Assembly: GCA_050247155.1 (NCBI GenBank)
Contig: JBFWUS010000021.1
Span: forward strand, 3,666-67,665
Origin: Rhizobiaceae bacterium
GTDB taxonomy: Bacteria > Pseudomonadota > Alphaproteobacteria > Rhizobiales > Rhizobiaceae
DNA length: 64,000 nt
Direction of reading: 5' to 3'
This document shows, piece after piece, positions 42,253 through 51,570 of the stretch. The notes beneath the pieces were generated by a model, which did not search any database, was not told where the DNA came from, and worked only from the letters and a program-made list of their open reading frames with translations. Position numbers and translations under genes: made by a program. Within the stretch, counting starts at the first letter, position 1. Each line of letters begins with the position of its first letter.

Positions 42253-43314
42253 GTGACGTTTTCCCCGTTCGATCATCCCTTCCTGGCCGGCCTTCTGGGG
42301 GACGAGGAAATCGCCGGCTATTTTTCCGCCGACGCTGATGTGCGCGCCATGCTTGCCTTCGAGGCCGCGCTGGCGAATGCGCAGGCCGAATGCGCGATCA
42401 TTCCGCCGGAGGCTGCCACGCACATCGCAGCGGTCAGCGCCGATTTCGCGCCAGACTTCGACCGGCTGCGGGTGGCAACGTCGCATGACGGCGTCGTGGT
42501 TCCCGAACTGATCCGACAGTTGCGCGCCGCCGTCGAGCCGCACGCCCGCTGGGTTCATTTCGGTGCGACGAGCCAGGATGTCATCGACAGCAGTCTGATG
42601 TTGCGCCTGAAACCGGTGCTGGCCGTTCTGGACAATCGTATAGGCGTTTGCGAACGCGTCTTTGATGATCTGGAACGCCGCTTCGGCCGCAACCGCCTGA
42701 TGGCCCGAACACGGATGCAGCCGGCAATCGAAATCACTGCTGTTGATCGTATCCACGCATGGCGTGAGCCACTGGGACGTATCCGAGATGATCTCAATCA
42801 TTGGCGGCGCGACAGCCTGGCAATCCAGTTCGGCGGCGCAGCTGGTACGTTGGAAAAGCTGGATGAACGCGCAGCCGCCGTGCGCGCGGCGCTGGCGCGG
42901 GTGCTCGATCTGGCGGACGCGCCCCAATGGCATAGCCAGCGCGACCGTATTGCCGGTCTGGCCGGCATCCTGTCACTGGTCAGCGGGTGCCTTGGAAAAT
43001 TCGGACAGGATGTCGCTCTCCTTGCGCAGGAAGGCGACGAAATACAACTTGCCGGCGGCGGCGGCTCGTCGGCCATGCCGCATAAGCAGAATCCGATTGC
43101 CGCCGAAGTGCTGATCGCATTGGCGCGCTTCAACGCGACGCAGCTTGCAGGCATGCATCAGGCGCTGCTGCACGAACAGGAGCGTTCCGGCGCGGCGTGG
43201 ACGCTCGAGTGGCTGATACTGCCGCAAATGGTCGCCGGTACAGCGGCCTCGCTGCGTCTGGCCGTGGAACTCGGCGCCAACATCCGGACGTTGGGCAAGG
43301 CGGCGGAAGCTTAA
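42253..43314 (+). CDS. pcaB: 3-carboxy-cis,cis-muconate cycloisomerase
   Basis: HFGATSQD, GSSAMPHKQNP fumarase-family signature, HEQERSGAAW. Confidence 0.93.
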   Translation: MTFSPFDHPFLAGLLGDEEIAGYFSADADVRAMLAFEAALANAQAECAIIPPEAATHIAAVSADFAPDFDRLRVATSHDGVVVPELIRQLRAAVEPHARWVHFGATSQDVIDSSLMLRLKPVLAVLDNRIGVCERVFDDLERRFGRNRLMARTRMQPAIEITAVDRIHAWREPLGRIRDDLNHWRRDSLAIQFGGAAGTLEKLDERAAAVRAALARVLDLADAPQWHSQRDRIAGLAGILSLVSGCLGKFGQDVALLAQEGDEIQLAGGGGSSAMPHKQNPIAAEVLIALARFNATQLAGMHQALLHEQERSGAAWTLEWLILPQMVAGTAASLRLAVELGANIRTLGKAAEA

Positions 43315-43392
43315 CCGTTCCGGCGCAGTGGTCATTTGCCCGTCGCACTGTTTCCGGCTAATAGGCCCGCGACTTTTGACGCGAGGATTTTG

Positions 43393-44286
43393 ATGACCGA
43401 TATCGCCGGCACGCCCGAAGCCCAGGCAGCGTTGCTGTCGCGCGCTCTGCCCTACATGCAGCGCTATGAAAACAAGACGGTCGTGGTGAAATACGGCGGT
43501 CATGCCATGGGCGACACCGAGCTCGGCAAGGCTTTTGCGCGCGATATCGCGCTGCTGAAACAGTCTGGCGTGAACCCGATCGTCGTGCATGGCGGCGGGC
43601 CGCAGATCGGTGCCATGCTGAGCAAGATGGGCATCGAATCGAAATTCGAGGGCGGCCTGCGCGTCACCGACCAGAAGACCGTCGAGATCGTCGAGATGGT
43701 TCTGGCCGGTTCGATCAACAAGGAGATCGTCGCGCTCATCAACGCGGAAGGCGAATGGGCCATCGGGCTATGCGGCAAGGATGGAAACATGGTTTTCGCC
43801 GAAAAGGCGAAGAAGACCGTTACCGATCCTGACTCCAACATCGAGCGGGTGCTCGATTTGGGCTTTGTCGGCGAGCCGGTCGAGGTCGACCGCACCTTGC
43901 TCGACCTGCTCGCCCGCTCGGAGATGATCCCGGTCATCGCGCCGGTGGCGCCGGGCCGCGACGGCCATACCTACAACATCAACGCCGACACCTTTGCCGG
44001 CGCCATCGCAGGTGCGCTTGGGGCCACGCGCCTGTTGTTCCTCACCGATGTTCCGGGCGTACTCGACAAGGACAAGACGCTGATCGAGGAGCTGACTGTC
44101 AATCAGGCGAAGAAGCTGATCAAAGACGGCACGATTTCCGGCGGTATGATCCCCAAAGTGGAAACCTGCATCGAGGCGATCGAGCGCGGTGTCGAGGGCG
44201 TCGTCATCCTGAACGGCAAGACGTCGCACGCGGTGCTGCTCGAACTCTTCACCGAGCATGGCGCCGGCACGCTGATCGTGCCGTAG
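43393..44286 (+). CDS. argB: Acetylglutamate kinase
   Basis: [34 protein letters not shown]. Confidence 0.97.
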   Translation: MTDIAGTPEAQAALLSRALPYMQRYENKTVVVKYGGHAMGDTELGKAFARDIALLKQSGVNPIVVHGGGPQIGAMLSKMGIESKFEGGLRVTDQKTVEIVEMVLAGSINKEIVALINAEGEWAIGLCGKDGNMVFAEKAKKTVTDPDSNIERVLDLGFVGEPVEVDRTLLDLLARSEMIPVIAPVAPGRDGHTYNINADTFAGAIAGALGATRLLFLTDVPGVLDKDKTLIEELTVNQAKKLIKDGTISGGMIPKVETCIEAIERGVEGVVILNGKTSHAVLLELFTEHGAGTLIVP

Positions 44287-44287
44287 A

Positions 44288-45793
44288 CTACTCGACCGGC
44301 TCCGCCGCACGCGCCGATCGGACGCCCGCGCCCACGGAAGCAACCCTATCGTCGGCATGCACGCGGGCGATCAGATGATCGCCAAGCCTGCAGGCAAGCG
44401 CGGTGATCGTCGTCGTTGGGTTCGTCTGCCCGGACGTTGGAAATACCGACGACCCGCCCACAAAGAGATTGCGCATGCCGTGCACCTTGCAATCGGCGTC
44501 GACCACGCCGCGTGCCGGGTCGTTGCTCATGCGGGTGCCGCCCATATGGTGGTTGCCCGCCAGTTCCATGTCGTCAAACGGATAGGGCTCGCCATTGGCA
44601 AGCCAGTCGGCCAGGCGAACGCGCCCGATATCCCGTTCGATCAGAGCCTGGCCGAACAACCGCATGCCTTCGATCAGCGTTCTATGGTCAAGCGGACCTT
44701 TGCGCCAATGAAGATCGATACGGGGCACTCCGGATGCGTCGCGCATCGTCCGGCTGAGCTGCACACGGTTGCTGGCAAGCGGCGCCTGCTCCCACGCCAT
44801 GTGCAGTTGCGCCGCGCATTTCAGCCGTTGGCCTAAACCTTCGGACATCCACTCCGCGGCGCTCGGCGCCGTGCAGGCTAGATTGGCCATCAGCATCTTG
44901 ACGCCATCATAGGGCATTTCGACCAGCCGGATGCCGAAATTCAAGATGCCTTTGCGTTGCATCGCCTCCCAGCTCGGCGAGAAAAACGCCTCGCCATCGG
45001 CGTCGACCTCGAATTTCGTGACGTCGTTGAGAACGGCATTTCCACATTCGAAATGCGGATGTTCCATCCAGTAGCGGCCCAGCGCCTGCGCATACGGCAC
45101 GACCGCTCTGTTGCTCAGTTCGTTGGACCAGAGCAGCAGCCGCGAGTTCTCGATCCCTCCTGTGCCGACGACGACATAGTCGGCATGAAAGCGGTCCAAC
45201 TGCCCGTCAGGCGACCAGAGGTTGAGCGCGTTGATTGCCTGGCCGTCGCCGTCGAGCGAGGTCACGTAGCTGTTGAGTACCAAGGCAATGTGTTCATCCG
45301 CCGCCAGTTCGTCGCGGTAGCGCGTGCCAAAGCGTACAGCATTGCTCTTGATGAGCTGCACCCAGCGGATGTCGGAAGAGACCGACGCATCCGGCCTGAA
45401 GGGCTCCAATTCGAGAATCCCTCGCACCTCGTCGAGATAAGGTTCGAGGTCGCTTCGCCGGATCGGCCAGCCGGTATCAGCGACCCACGGCTTTTGCCGG
45501 AAATCCTCGTCGTCCAGCAGCCGGCACCAGCCCGCCCAATGATTGGAGCTGCCGCCCAGAAACCGCAGGCGCGTTTCATCCAGCGCAAAATAAGGATCGC
45601 CAACCGTCCGGCCGCCGTAGAAGGCTTGCGACTTGTCCGAGAAGCGGTCGCCGCCAGCTTCGAAAATGACGACAGGAATGTTGGCGCTTGCCAGTTTTCG
45701 CGCAACCGTGATGCCGGCTGGACCGGCGCCGATCACGGCTACTTTCGGCGTCCAATGTGCCGACTTGAACGCCTGAAAATTGTCGAAGATCAC
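44288..45793 (-). CDS. GMC family FAD oxidoreductase, paralogue 1 (no signal peptide)
   Basis: IGAGPAG, GGSSNHWAG, GRYWMEH, NHHMGGTRM, GQTNPT; GTG start at 45793. Confidence 0.88.
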   Translation of the reverse strand: MIFDNFQAFKSAHWTPKVAVIGAGPAGITVARKLASANIPVVIFEAGGDRFSDKSQAFYGGRTVGDPYFALDETRLRFLGGSSNHWAGWCRLLDDEDFRQKPWVADTGWPIRRSDLEPYLDEVRGILELEPFRPDASVSSDIRWVQLIKSNAVRFGTRYRDELAADEHIALVLNSYVTSLDGDGQAINALNLWSPDGQLDRFHADYVVVGTGGIENSRLLLWSNELSNRAVVPYAQALGRYWMEHPHFECGNAVLNDVTKFEVDADGEAFFSPSWEAMQRKGILNFGIRLVEMPYDGVKMLMANLACTAPSAAEWMSEGLGQRLKCAAQLHMAWEQAPLASNRVQLSRTMRDASGVPRIDLHWRKGPLDHRTLIEGMRLFGQALIERDIGRVRLADWLANGEPYPFDDMELAGNHHMGGTRMSNDPARGVVDADCKVHGMRNLFVGGSSVFPTSGQTNPTTTITALACRLGDHLIARVHADDRVASVGAGVRSARAAEPVE

Positions 45794-45925
45794 GCCTGGC
45801 TTGTCCGATCCGCACCCGGTTTGGCTCACCGCCGCAGGATAGACCAAGCTTTGAAGACAATGGTGAACAAAGGTTGAGGAGCCGACGCGAATCCCCAGCC
45901 GGCTCCCTCAATGCCAAACAGACCG

Positions 45926-47410
45926 TTAATGCAAGTCTTCGGCGATGCTCGACGGTGCGCCGACAAGCTGATGCGCGCGCACTTCGCGCGCCAGATGATC
46001 CCCCAGCCGACAAGCGAGCGCGACGATCGTGGTCGTGGGGTTGCATTGGCCCGATGTGGTGAACACCGACGAACCGCCGATATAGAGATTGCGCATGCCA
46101 TGCACCTTGCAATCGCGATCGACGATGCCCTTGGCCGGATCGTCATGCATGCGGGTGCCGCCCATGTGGTGATGGCCGGCGATCTCCTGATCGGTTGGAT
46201 AGTCTTCGCCCTTGGCCAGCCAGTCTGCCAGTTTGGCGCGCCCCAGATTCTTCGCCAGCATCGTCTCGCCGAACAGCCTTATGCCTTCGGTGACCGTGCG
46301 GCGCTCGATGTCGCCTTTCTTCCAATGTAGCTCGATGCGCGGCGCACCTGTCGCGTCGAATTCGGTCTTCGACAGTTCCACACGATTGTTTTCGTTGGGC
46401 GACTGCTCCCAGCCGACATAGAGCTGCGCCGCGCAATGCAGGCGCTGGCCCAGCGACTCCGAAACCCATTCAGCCGTATCGGGCGCGACACACGCCAAAT
46501 TTGCAACCAGCGCCTTGGCGCCCTCATAGGGCATCTTGATCAGGCGGATGCCGAAATTGAGGATCTGCCGCCGCTCCATGGCGGCAAGTGTCGGCGAGAA
46601 GAACGCTTCGCCGGTCGCGTCGGTGACAAACTCGTTCTGATCGGCCAGGATAGCGTTGCCGCCCTCGAATTGAGGATGCTCCATCCAGTAGCGGCCGAGT
46701 GCCTGCGCATGCGGCACGACCGCGCCCTTGGTCAGTTCATTCGACCACAAGAGCAGTCGCGAGTTTTCGAGCCCGCCGGTGCAGGGCACGTAATAGTCCG
46801 CTTTGTAGGTTCCTTGATCGGCGCCATCAGACCACAAATTGAGGCCGGTGACCTCGGTGCCGTTACCGTCGAGTGAGCGCACATAGGTGTTCAGCACGAG
46901 CGCAATATGATCGCTCGTTTCGATTTCGCCGCGGAAGCGTTCGGCGAACCGAACTGCCGGGCTTTTGACAAGCTCGACCCATCGAATATCGTCCGAGATG
47001 GGCTGGTCAGGCTGGAACTGCTTCAGATCCAGAATGTAGTGAACTTCATCCAGATAGGGATCGATGTCGATGCGGCGGATCGGCCAGCCGCTGTCCGGCA
47101 CCCATGACTTTGGCCGGAAGTCGATGTCGTCCATCACGCGGCACCAGCCTGCCCAATGATTGGACGACCCTCCGAAATAGCGCAGGCGCGTGATGTCGAG
47201 GTCGAAATAGTAGTCACCAACCGTCTTGCCGGCGTAGAAGGCTTGGGAATCCTCGGTGAAATCGGCGCCGCCGGCCTCGAAGATGACCACCGGGACGCCG
47301 GCCGCCGCCAGCTTGCGCGCGATGCTGATGCCTGCCGGCCCGGAACCGATAACCGCAACCTTCGGCGTGAAGCTCGCCGCGCGAAAATCCGCCAATGTCT
47401 GGAAGATCAT
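45926..47410 (-). CDS. GMC family FAD oxidoreductase, paralogue 2 (no signal peptide)
   Basis: IGSGPAG, GGSSNHWAG, HHHMGGTRM, GQCNPT. Confidence 0.88.
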   Translation of the reverse strand: MIFQTLADFRAASFTPKVAVIGSGPAGISIARKLAAAGVPVVIFEAGGADFTEDSQAFYAGKTVGDYYFDLDITRLRYFGGSSNHWAGWCRVMDDIDFRPKSWVPDSGWPIRRIDIDPYLDEVHYILDLKQFQPDQPISDDIRWVELVKSPAVRFAERFRGEIETSDHIALVLNTYVRSLDGNGTEVTGLNLWSDGADQGTYKADYYVPCTGGLENSRLLLWSNELTKGAVVPHAQALGRYWMEHPQFEGGNAILADQNEFVTDATGEAFFSPTLAAMERRQILNFGIRLIKMPYEGAKALVANLACVAPDTAEWVSESLGQRLHCAAQLYVGWEQSPNENNRVELSKTEFDATGAPRIELHWKKGDIERRTVTEGIRLFGETMLAKNLGRAKLADWLAKGEDYPTDQEIAGHHHMGGTRMHDDPAKGIVDRDCKVHGMRNLYIGGSSVFTTSGQCNPTTTIVALACRLGDHLAREVRAHQLVGAPSSIAEDLH

Positions 47411-47598
47411 GCGATCTCACTCCGGCGCAAGATCCAACCATTGACCTCGACAAACTCGTCGCCGGCAGGCGGCAGGGCAGCCGGCGGTGCTTTTCCTGAC
47501 AGGCTAGGCAATCGGGCGATTTGCCATAATGGCACAAGCATCGATGCCTGGAGCAGCAGGCTTCGTCTCGAAATGATATCGCGTCTGTCCTCGCGCAT
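47407..47598 (-). CDS. 63-aa twin-arginine mini-protein coupled to the GMC genes
   Basis: ISRRSLL Tat-like motif, C-terminal FVEVNGWILRRSEIA; its TGA overlaps the GMC ATG (ATGA). Confidence 0.65.
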   Translation of the reverse strand: MREDRRDIISRRSLLLQASMLVPLWQIARLPSLSGKAPPAALPPAGDEFVEVNGWILRRSEIA

Positions 47599-47712
47599 GT
47601 CCGTCTCCGGTCAAAGCTGTGTTTCAGTGCGGCACGCCGACCCGCCCCCGACGTGCCGCACATCGAGCAAAGCAAGTTCCGTTCCAACGCGTGATGGTGA
47701 GGAGAAGGACCG

Positions 47713-48618
47713 TCAGCCGATCGCGATCAGCATTAATATTCCGCATACGATCAACACACAGCCAGCGATCTCGAACCGGTTGATCTTCTCCTTGAAGACA
47801 AACACCGACGACGCGAAAGTGAACAGCATCTCAATTTGCGCCAGCGATTTCACCACGGCGGCCTGCTGCAGGGTCATCGCCGAGAACCAGCCGAACGAGG
47901 CCGATGCGCCGACCAGCCCGGTGAATAGCGCCGGCTTCCAGGCCTTTTTGATACGCCCGATCTCGGCACGGTCCTTTGCCAGCATCCAGGCCAGCATGAT
48001 CGCCGTCTGAAAGGTGATGACGAAGGCCAGCGTCACCGCCGCCTGCATGATGAAGTTCGGCCCGCCCAAGGCCAGCGAGGCAGCGCGGTAGGCGACCGCC
48101 GAAATGCCGAAACAGGTTCCGGACGCCAGCCCAATCAAGGCGTTGCGGCTGAAAATCGAGGTGAAAAGGCTGCGCCAGCCGACCGCCATGTGCGCGACCG
48201 AAATCAGCATGACACCGAACACGCTGATGGCGATCGCCGCCAGCACGCCCGCCGTCACGCGCTCTCCCAGAAACATCAGCCCGAACAGCGCCGCCTGCGC
48301 CGGCTCCGTGCGGGAATAGGCCGTGCCCACTGCGAAATTGCGAAACGAGAAAAGGTGGACCAGCAGAAACGTCGCCGCGATCTGGCCGATGCCGCCGATG
48401 ATAGCCCACAAATAGAAGGCTGAATTGGTCCGCGGCATGGCATAGCCAAGACCATAGTGGAGAAAGCTCACAAACAGCAGGGCGAACGGCATGCCGAAGC
48501 CGAAGCGCACGAAGGTTGCTCCCGTCGTGCCCATGACGTTCTTGAGATGTTTTTGCACCGCCGAGCGCAGATTCTGCAAAAACGCTGCTGCGATGGTGAT
48601 GGGTATCCAGAGTTCCAT
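47713..48618 (-). CDS. DMT/EamA family transporter
   Basis: About ten TM segments, duplicated halves, RNFAVGTAYSRTE. Confidence 0.85.
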   Translation of the reverse strand: MELWIPITIAAAFLQNLRSAVQKHLKNVMGTTGATFVRFGFGMPFALLFVSFLHYGLGYAMPRTNSAFYLWAIIGGIGQIAATFLLVHLFSFRNFAVGTAYSRTEPAQAALFGLMFLGERVTAGVLAAIAISVFGVMLISVAHMAVGWRSLFTSIFSRNALIGLASGTCFGISAVAYRAASLALGGPNFIMQAAVTLAFVITFQTAIMLAWMLAKDRAEIGRIKKAWKPALFTGLVGASASFGWFSAMTLQQAAVVKSLAQIEMLFTFASSVFVFKEKINRFEIAGCVLIVCGILMLIAIG

Positions 48619-48734
48619 GGTCGGCGGTCGGGCCCGATGAAAAATGATGGCGAAGCCCGAATAGTCATATTTAGCCTGCCTGGGAACGCTTTCGCCGCAA
48701 CGAAACGGATACGAAACGATTTCCGGCTAATTTT

Positions 48735-49091
48735 ATGAAAATGTCGACCGTCTTGCGACCCAGCCAGGCGCTGCAACTCTGGCATCAGGTGACCCTCGCG
48801 GAGGTGCGCGGGATCGGGTCCGACTTGACTTTGCGACAAGCCGCGATCCTGCTCACCGTCTATCTGGAGCAGCCACCGCACACCGTGCGTGGACTGGCGG
48901 CTAAGCTCGGCGTAACCAAACCGGTGATCAGCCGCGCGCTCGACACGATGGGCGTCATGAAGCTGGTCTCGCGCCAGCGCGATCCCAGCGACCGCCGCAA
49001 CGTGCTGGTGCGGCGCACCTTGGAAGGGGCGCTCTATGTCGAGCGGCTTGGCGATGTTATCATCGCCAAAGCCAAGGACCTCCCGATTTGA
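48735..49091 (+). CDS. MarR family winged-helix regulator
   Basis: TVRGLAAKLGVTKPVISRALD, RQRDPSDRRNVLV. Confidence 0.85.
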   Translation: MKMSTVLRPSQALQLWHQVTLAEVRGIGSDLTLRQAAILLTVYLEQPPHTVRGLAAKLGVTKPVISRALDTMGVMKLVSRQRDPSDRRNVLVRRTLEGALYVERLGDVIIAKAKDLPI

Positions 49092-49945
49092 CGCTGAATC
49101 CTCGCCTCAACGCTTTCCGCCCAGACATTGCCGACAGCCGCCTCAGGGGAAAGATCGACGCCGAACGGTTCGTCGAGGGCAAGCCGGCGCGGGTTGCAGT
49201 TCCCGTGGCGAATGTGCGCCGCAAGCCGGACAGCCATGCCGGGCTGGATACGCAGCTCCTGCTCGGCGACGACGTCTTCGTCTTCGAGATGCGGGAAGGC
49301 TGGGCCTGGGTGCAGTCCGCGCGTGACGGCTATGTCGGCTATATCAATGTCGGTTCGCTGACCGACCGTCACGATACGCCTACCCACATTGTCACTGCCC
49401 CGCGCACCTTCGTTTATTCCGGCGCCGACCTCCGTTTTCCGCAGGTCGAAGCGCTGTCCATGGGTTGTGCTGTCACTGTCGTCGGGGACACTGAGACACG
49501 CGGCACGCGCTATGCCCTGTTGGCCAATGGCGAAGCGCTTATCGAAAAGCATCTGCGGCCCATCGGCGAACACTCGGACGACTTTGTTTCGGTGGCCGAG
49601 ACTTTCCCGAACACGCCTTATTTGTGGGGCGGCACATCCGGCTTTGGCATCGATTGCTCCGGCCTTGTCCAGCTTTCGATGCGCATGTGCGGCCTCGACG
49701 TGTTGCGCGACACCGACATGCAGGAACACAGCATTGGGGCACCGCTGGACGCCGGCGTGAATTTCAGCAACGTCCGACGCGGCGATCTGGTTTTCTGGAA
49801 AGGCCACGTCGCGATCATGACCGATGGCGAAAACATGATCCACGCCAACGGCCACACCATGCTGGTGTCGCATGAACAGCTCGACGATGCGATCGAGCGC
49901 ATCGGCTATCTCTACGGCCAGCCGACCAGTTTTAGGCGGGTGTAA
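49088..49945 (+). CDS. NlpC/P60 (C40) peptidoglycan peptidase with N-terminal SH3-like domains
   Basis: PYLWGG, GIDCSGLVQ, FWKGHVAI, IHANGH; TTG overlaps the MarR stop. Confidence 0.92.
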   Translation: MTLNPRLNAFRPDIADSRLRGKIDAERFVEGKPARVAVPVANVRRKPDSHAGLDTQLLLGDDVFVFEMREGWAWVQSARDGYVGYINVGSLTDRHDTPTHIVTAPRTFVYSGADLRFPQVEALSMGCAVTVVGDTETRGTRYALLANGEALIEKHLRPIGEHSDDFVSVAETFPNTPYLWGGTSGFGIDCSGLVQLSMRMCGLDVLRDTDMQEHSIGAPLDAGVNFSNVRRGDLVFWKGHVAIMTDGENMIHANGHTMLVSHEQLDDAIERIGYLYGQPTSFRRV

Positions 49946-49958
49946 TCAGATAGAATCG

Positions 49959-50003
49959 TTAATTATAATTGACGTCCCGACAAGCGACGAGTAAATCTGT
50001 CTT
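49959..50003 (+). promoter_or_regulatory. Promoter and palindromic operator of the RelE/HigA-type TA pair
   Basis: AATTATAATT palindrome (49961-49970) abutting TTGACG (49969-49974)-N17-TAAATC (49992-49997). Confidence 0.55.
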
Positions 50004-50297
50004 ATGTTCGAGGTTCGCCGTTCGACCGAGTTCGGCAATTGGCTCAAAAGCCTTCGTGACGTTCGCGCTCAGGCCCGAATTGAAAGCCGAATAGACCGAG
50101 TTGAAAACGGCAATTTTGGTGATGCGAAGTTTTTTGACGGCATCGGTGAACTTCGTATCAATTATGGACCTGGGTACCGGCTCTACTTCGTTCAGCGGGA
50201 CAAGGTGTTGATTATTCTCCTTTGTGGCGGTGATAAATCCACGCAAAGCAGGGACATTGAGAAAGCCATGGGAATGGCCAAGGAGCTACGCCGATGA
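50004..50297 (+). CDS. RelE/ParE-superfamily type II toxin (HI1419-type addiction module killer)
   Basis: FGNWLKSLRD, GNFGD, ELRINYGPGYRLYF, LLCGGDKSTQ. Confidence 0.9.
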   Translation: MFEVRRSTEFGNWLKSLRDVRAQARIESRIDRVENGNFGDAKFFDGIGELRINYGPGYRLYFVQRDKVLIILLCGGDKSTQSRDIEKAMGMAKELRR

Positions 50298-50578
50298 CTA
50301 TTGAGACGGTCAAATGGGACACATCCGAATTCCTCGACAGCGAAGAGAAGATTTTCGCCTACATCGAAGCGACGTTCGAAGATGGCGACCCCGCTTTGAT
50401 TAAGAAAGCTCTCGGCAACGTTGCCCGTGCTCGCGGCATGACCGCCATTGCCCGCGAGGCCGGCGTAACAAGGGAAGCGCTGTACAAGGCTCTTAGCGAG
50501 GAGGGCGATCCACGCCTATCGACCCTCATGGGAGTTATGAAGGCGTTAGGTATGAAATTGAACGCCGTGCCGAATTGA
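50294..50578 (+). CDS. HTH antitoxin (HI1420/HigA-type addiction module antidote)
   Basis: ALGNVARARGMTAIAREAGVTREALYKALS, GDPRLSTL; ATGA overlap with the toxin. Confidence 0.9.
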   Translation: MTIETVKWDTSEFLDSEEKIFAYIEATFEDGDPALIKKALGNVARARGMTAIAREAGVTREALYKALSEEGDPRLSTLMGVMKALGMKLNAVPN

Positions 50579-50593
50579 AGCACGGAAAGCCGC

Positions 50594-51535
50594 TTAATAC
50601 CCTGCGGCCCGATCCACCAAATTCTGCAGCGGTTCGCCGCGCTCGAACGCATCCATCTGCCTGAGCATCGGCGTGACCAGATGCGCCGGGTCTGACGTGG
50701 CGGCCGCATGGGGTGTCACGAACACTTTAGGATGCGCCCACAACGGACTGGTGCGTGGCAAGGGCTCGACCTCGAACACATCAAGACTGGCTTCCTTCAG
50801 CGTACCGTCGTCCAGAGCGCGAACGATATCGGCATCCTTCTGCAATTTCCCGCGCCCTGCATTGATCAGCACCGAGCCGCCTAGGCCATTGCGGCGCCGC
50901 AGCTGCTTCAGCAGGCTGTAGTTGATGATGCCCTGTGTCACTTTGGTCAGCGGCAGCAGAACGACCAGAATGTCGGTCGCGTTGAGAAACGGGATCAGCC
51001 CGCTGTCGCCGAAAAAACCGGAAACGCCCGTCACCGCCTTCTCGGTCCGGCTCCAGCCGTTGACGACGAAGCCGAGCTTTAGCAACGCTTCCGCCACTGC
51101 GGTGCCGATCGCGCCGATACCCATGATGCCGACGGAAATATCGGGCGATGTGCGCTGTGGCGGCTCGTGCCAGATCTTCTTAGGCTGCTGTGCGCGGTAG
51201 AGCATGCCGTTGCGGTGGTGGTCGAGCACGCGCCACGCCACATATTCGATCATGTGCTGGGTCAGGTTTGCGTCGACGACCTTGATGATCGGCACGTCGG
51301 GCAGACCGGGATCGTTCAGCACATGGTCAACACCGGCGCCGACCGAGAAGATGGCGCGCAGGTTCGGCAGCTTCTTAAGGATATTGGCAGGTTGTTTCCA
51401 CACCACCGCATAGGTGATCGACGGATCGACCGGCCCATTCGGCTCCAGCACGACATCGCGTTCGGCCGACAGAAATTCATGCCAGCGGCGTGGGTTGATG
51501 CCCGTCACGGAAAGAAGAATGCGTCCTTTGTCCAT
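50594..51535 (-). CDS. ghrA: Glyoxylate/hydroxypyruvate reductase A (D-2-hydroxyacid dehydrogenase)
   Basis: GAGVDH, GIMGIGAIG, INAGRG, LDVFEVEPL, TPHAA. Confidence 0.85.
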   Translation of the reverse strand: MDKGRILLSVTGINPRRWHEFLSAERDVVLEPNGPVDPSITYAVVWKQPANILKKLPNLRAIFSVGAGVDHVLNDPGLPDVPIIKVVDANLTQHMIEYVAWRVLDHHRNGMLYRAQQPKKIWHEPPQRTSPDISVGIMGIGAIGTAVAEALLKLGFVVNGWSRTEKAVTGVSGFFGDSGLIPFLNATDILVVLLPLTKVTQGIINYSLLKQLRRRNGLGGSVLINAGRGKLQKDADIVRALDDGTLKEASLDVFEVEPLPRTSPLWAHPKVFVTPHAAATSDPAHLVTPMLRQMDAFERGEPLQNLVDRAAGY

Positions 51536-51570
51536 GCCCGAGTCATAGGGCGGCGCGATGCCTGCCGCAA

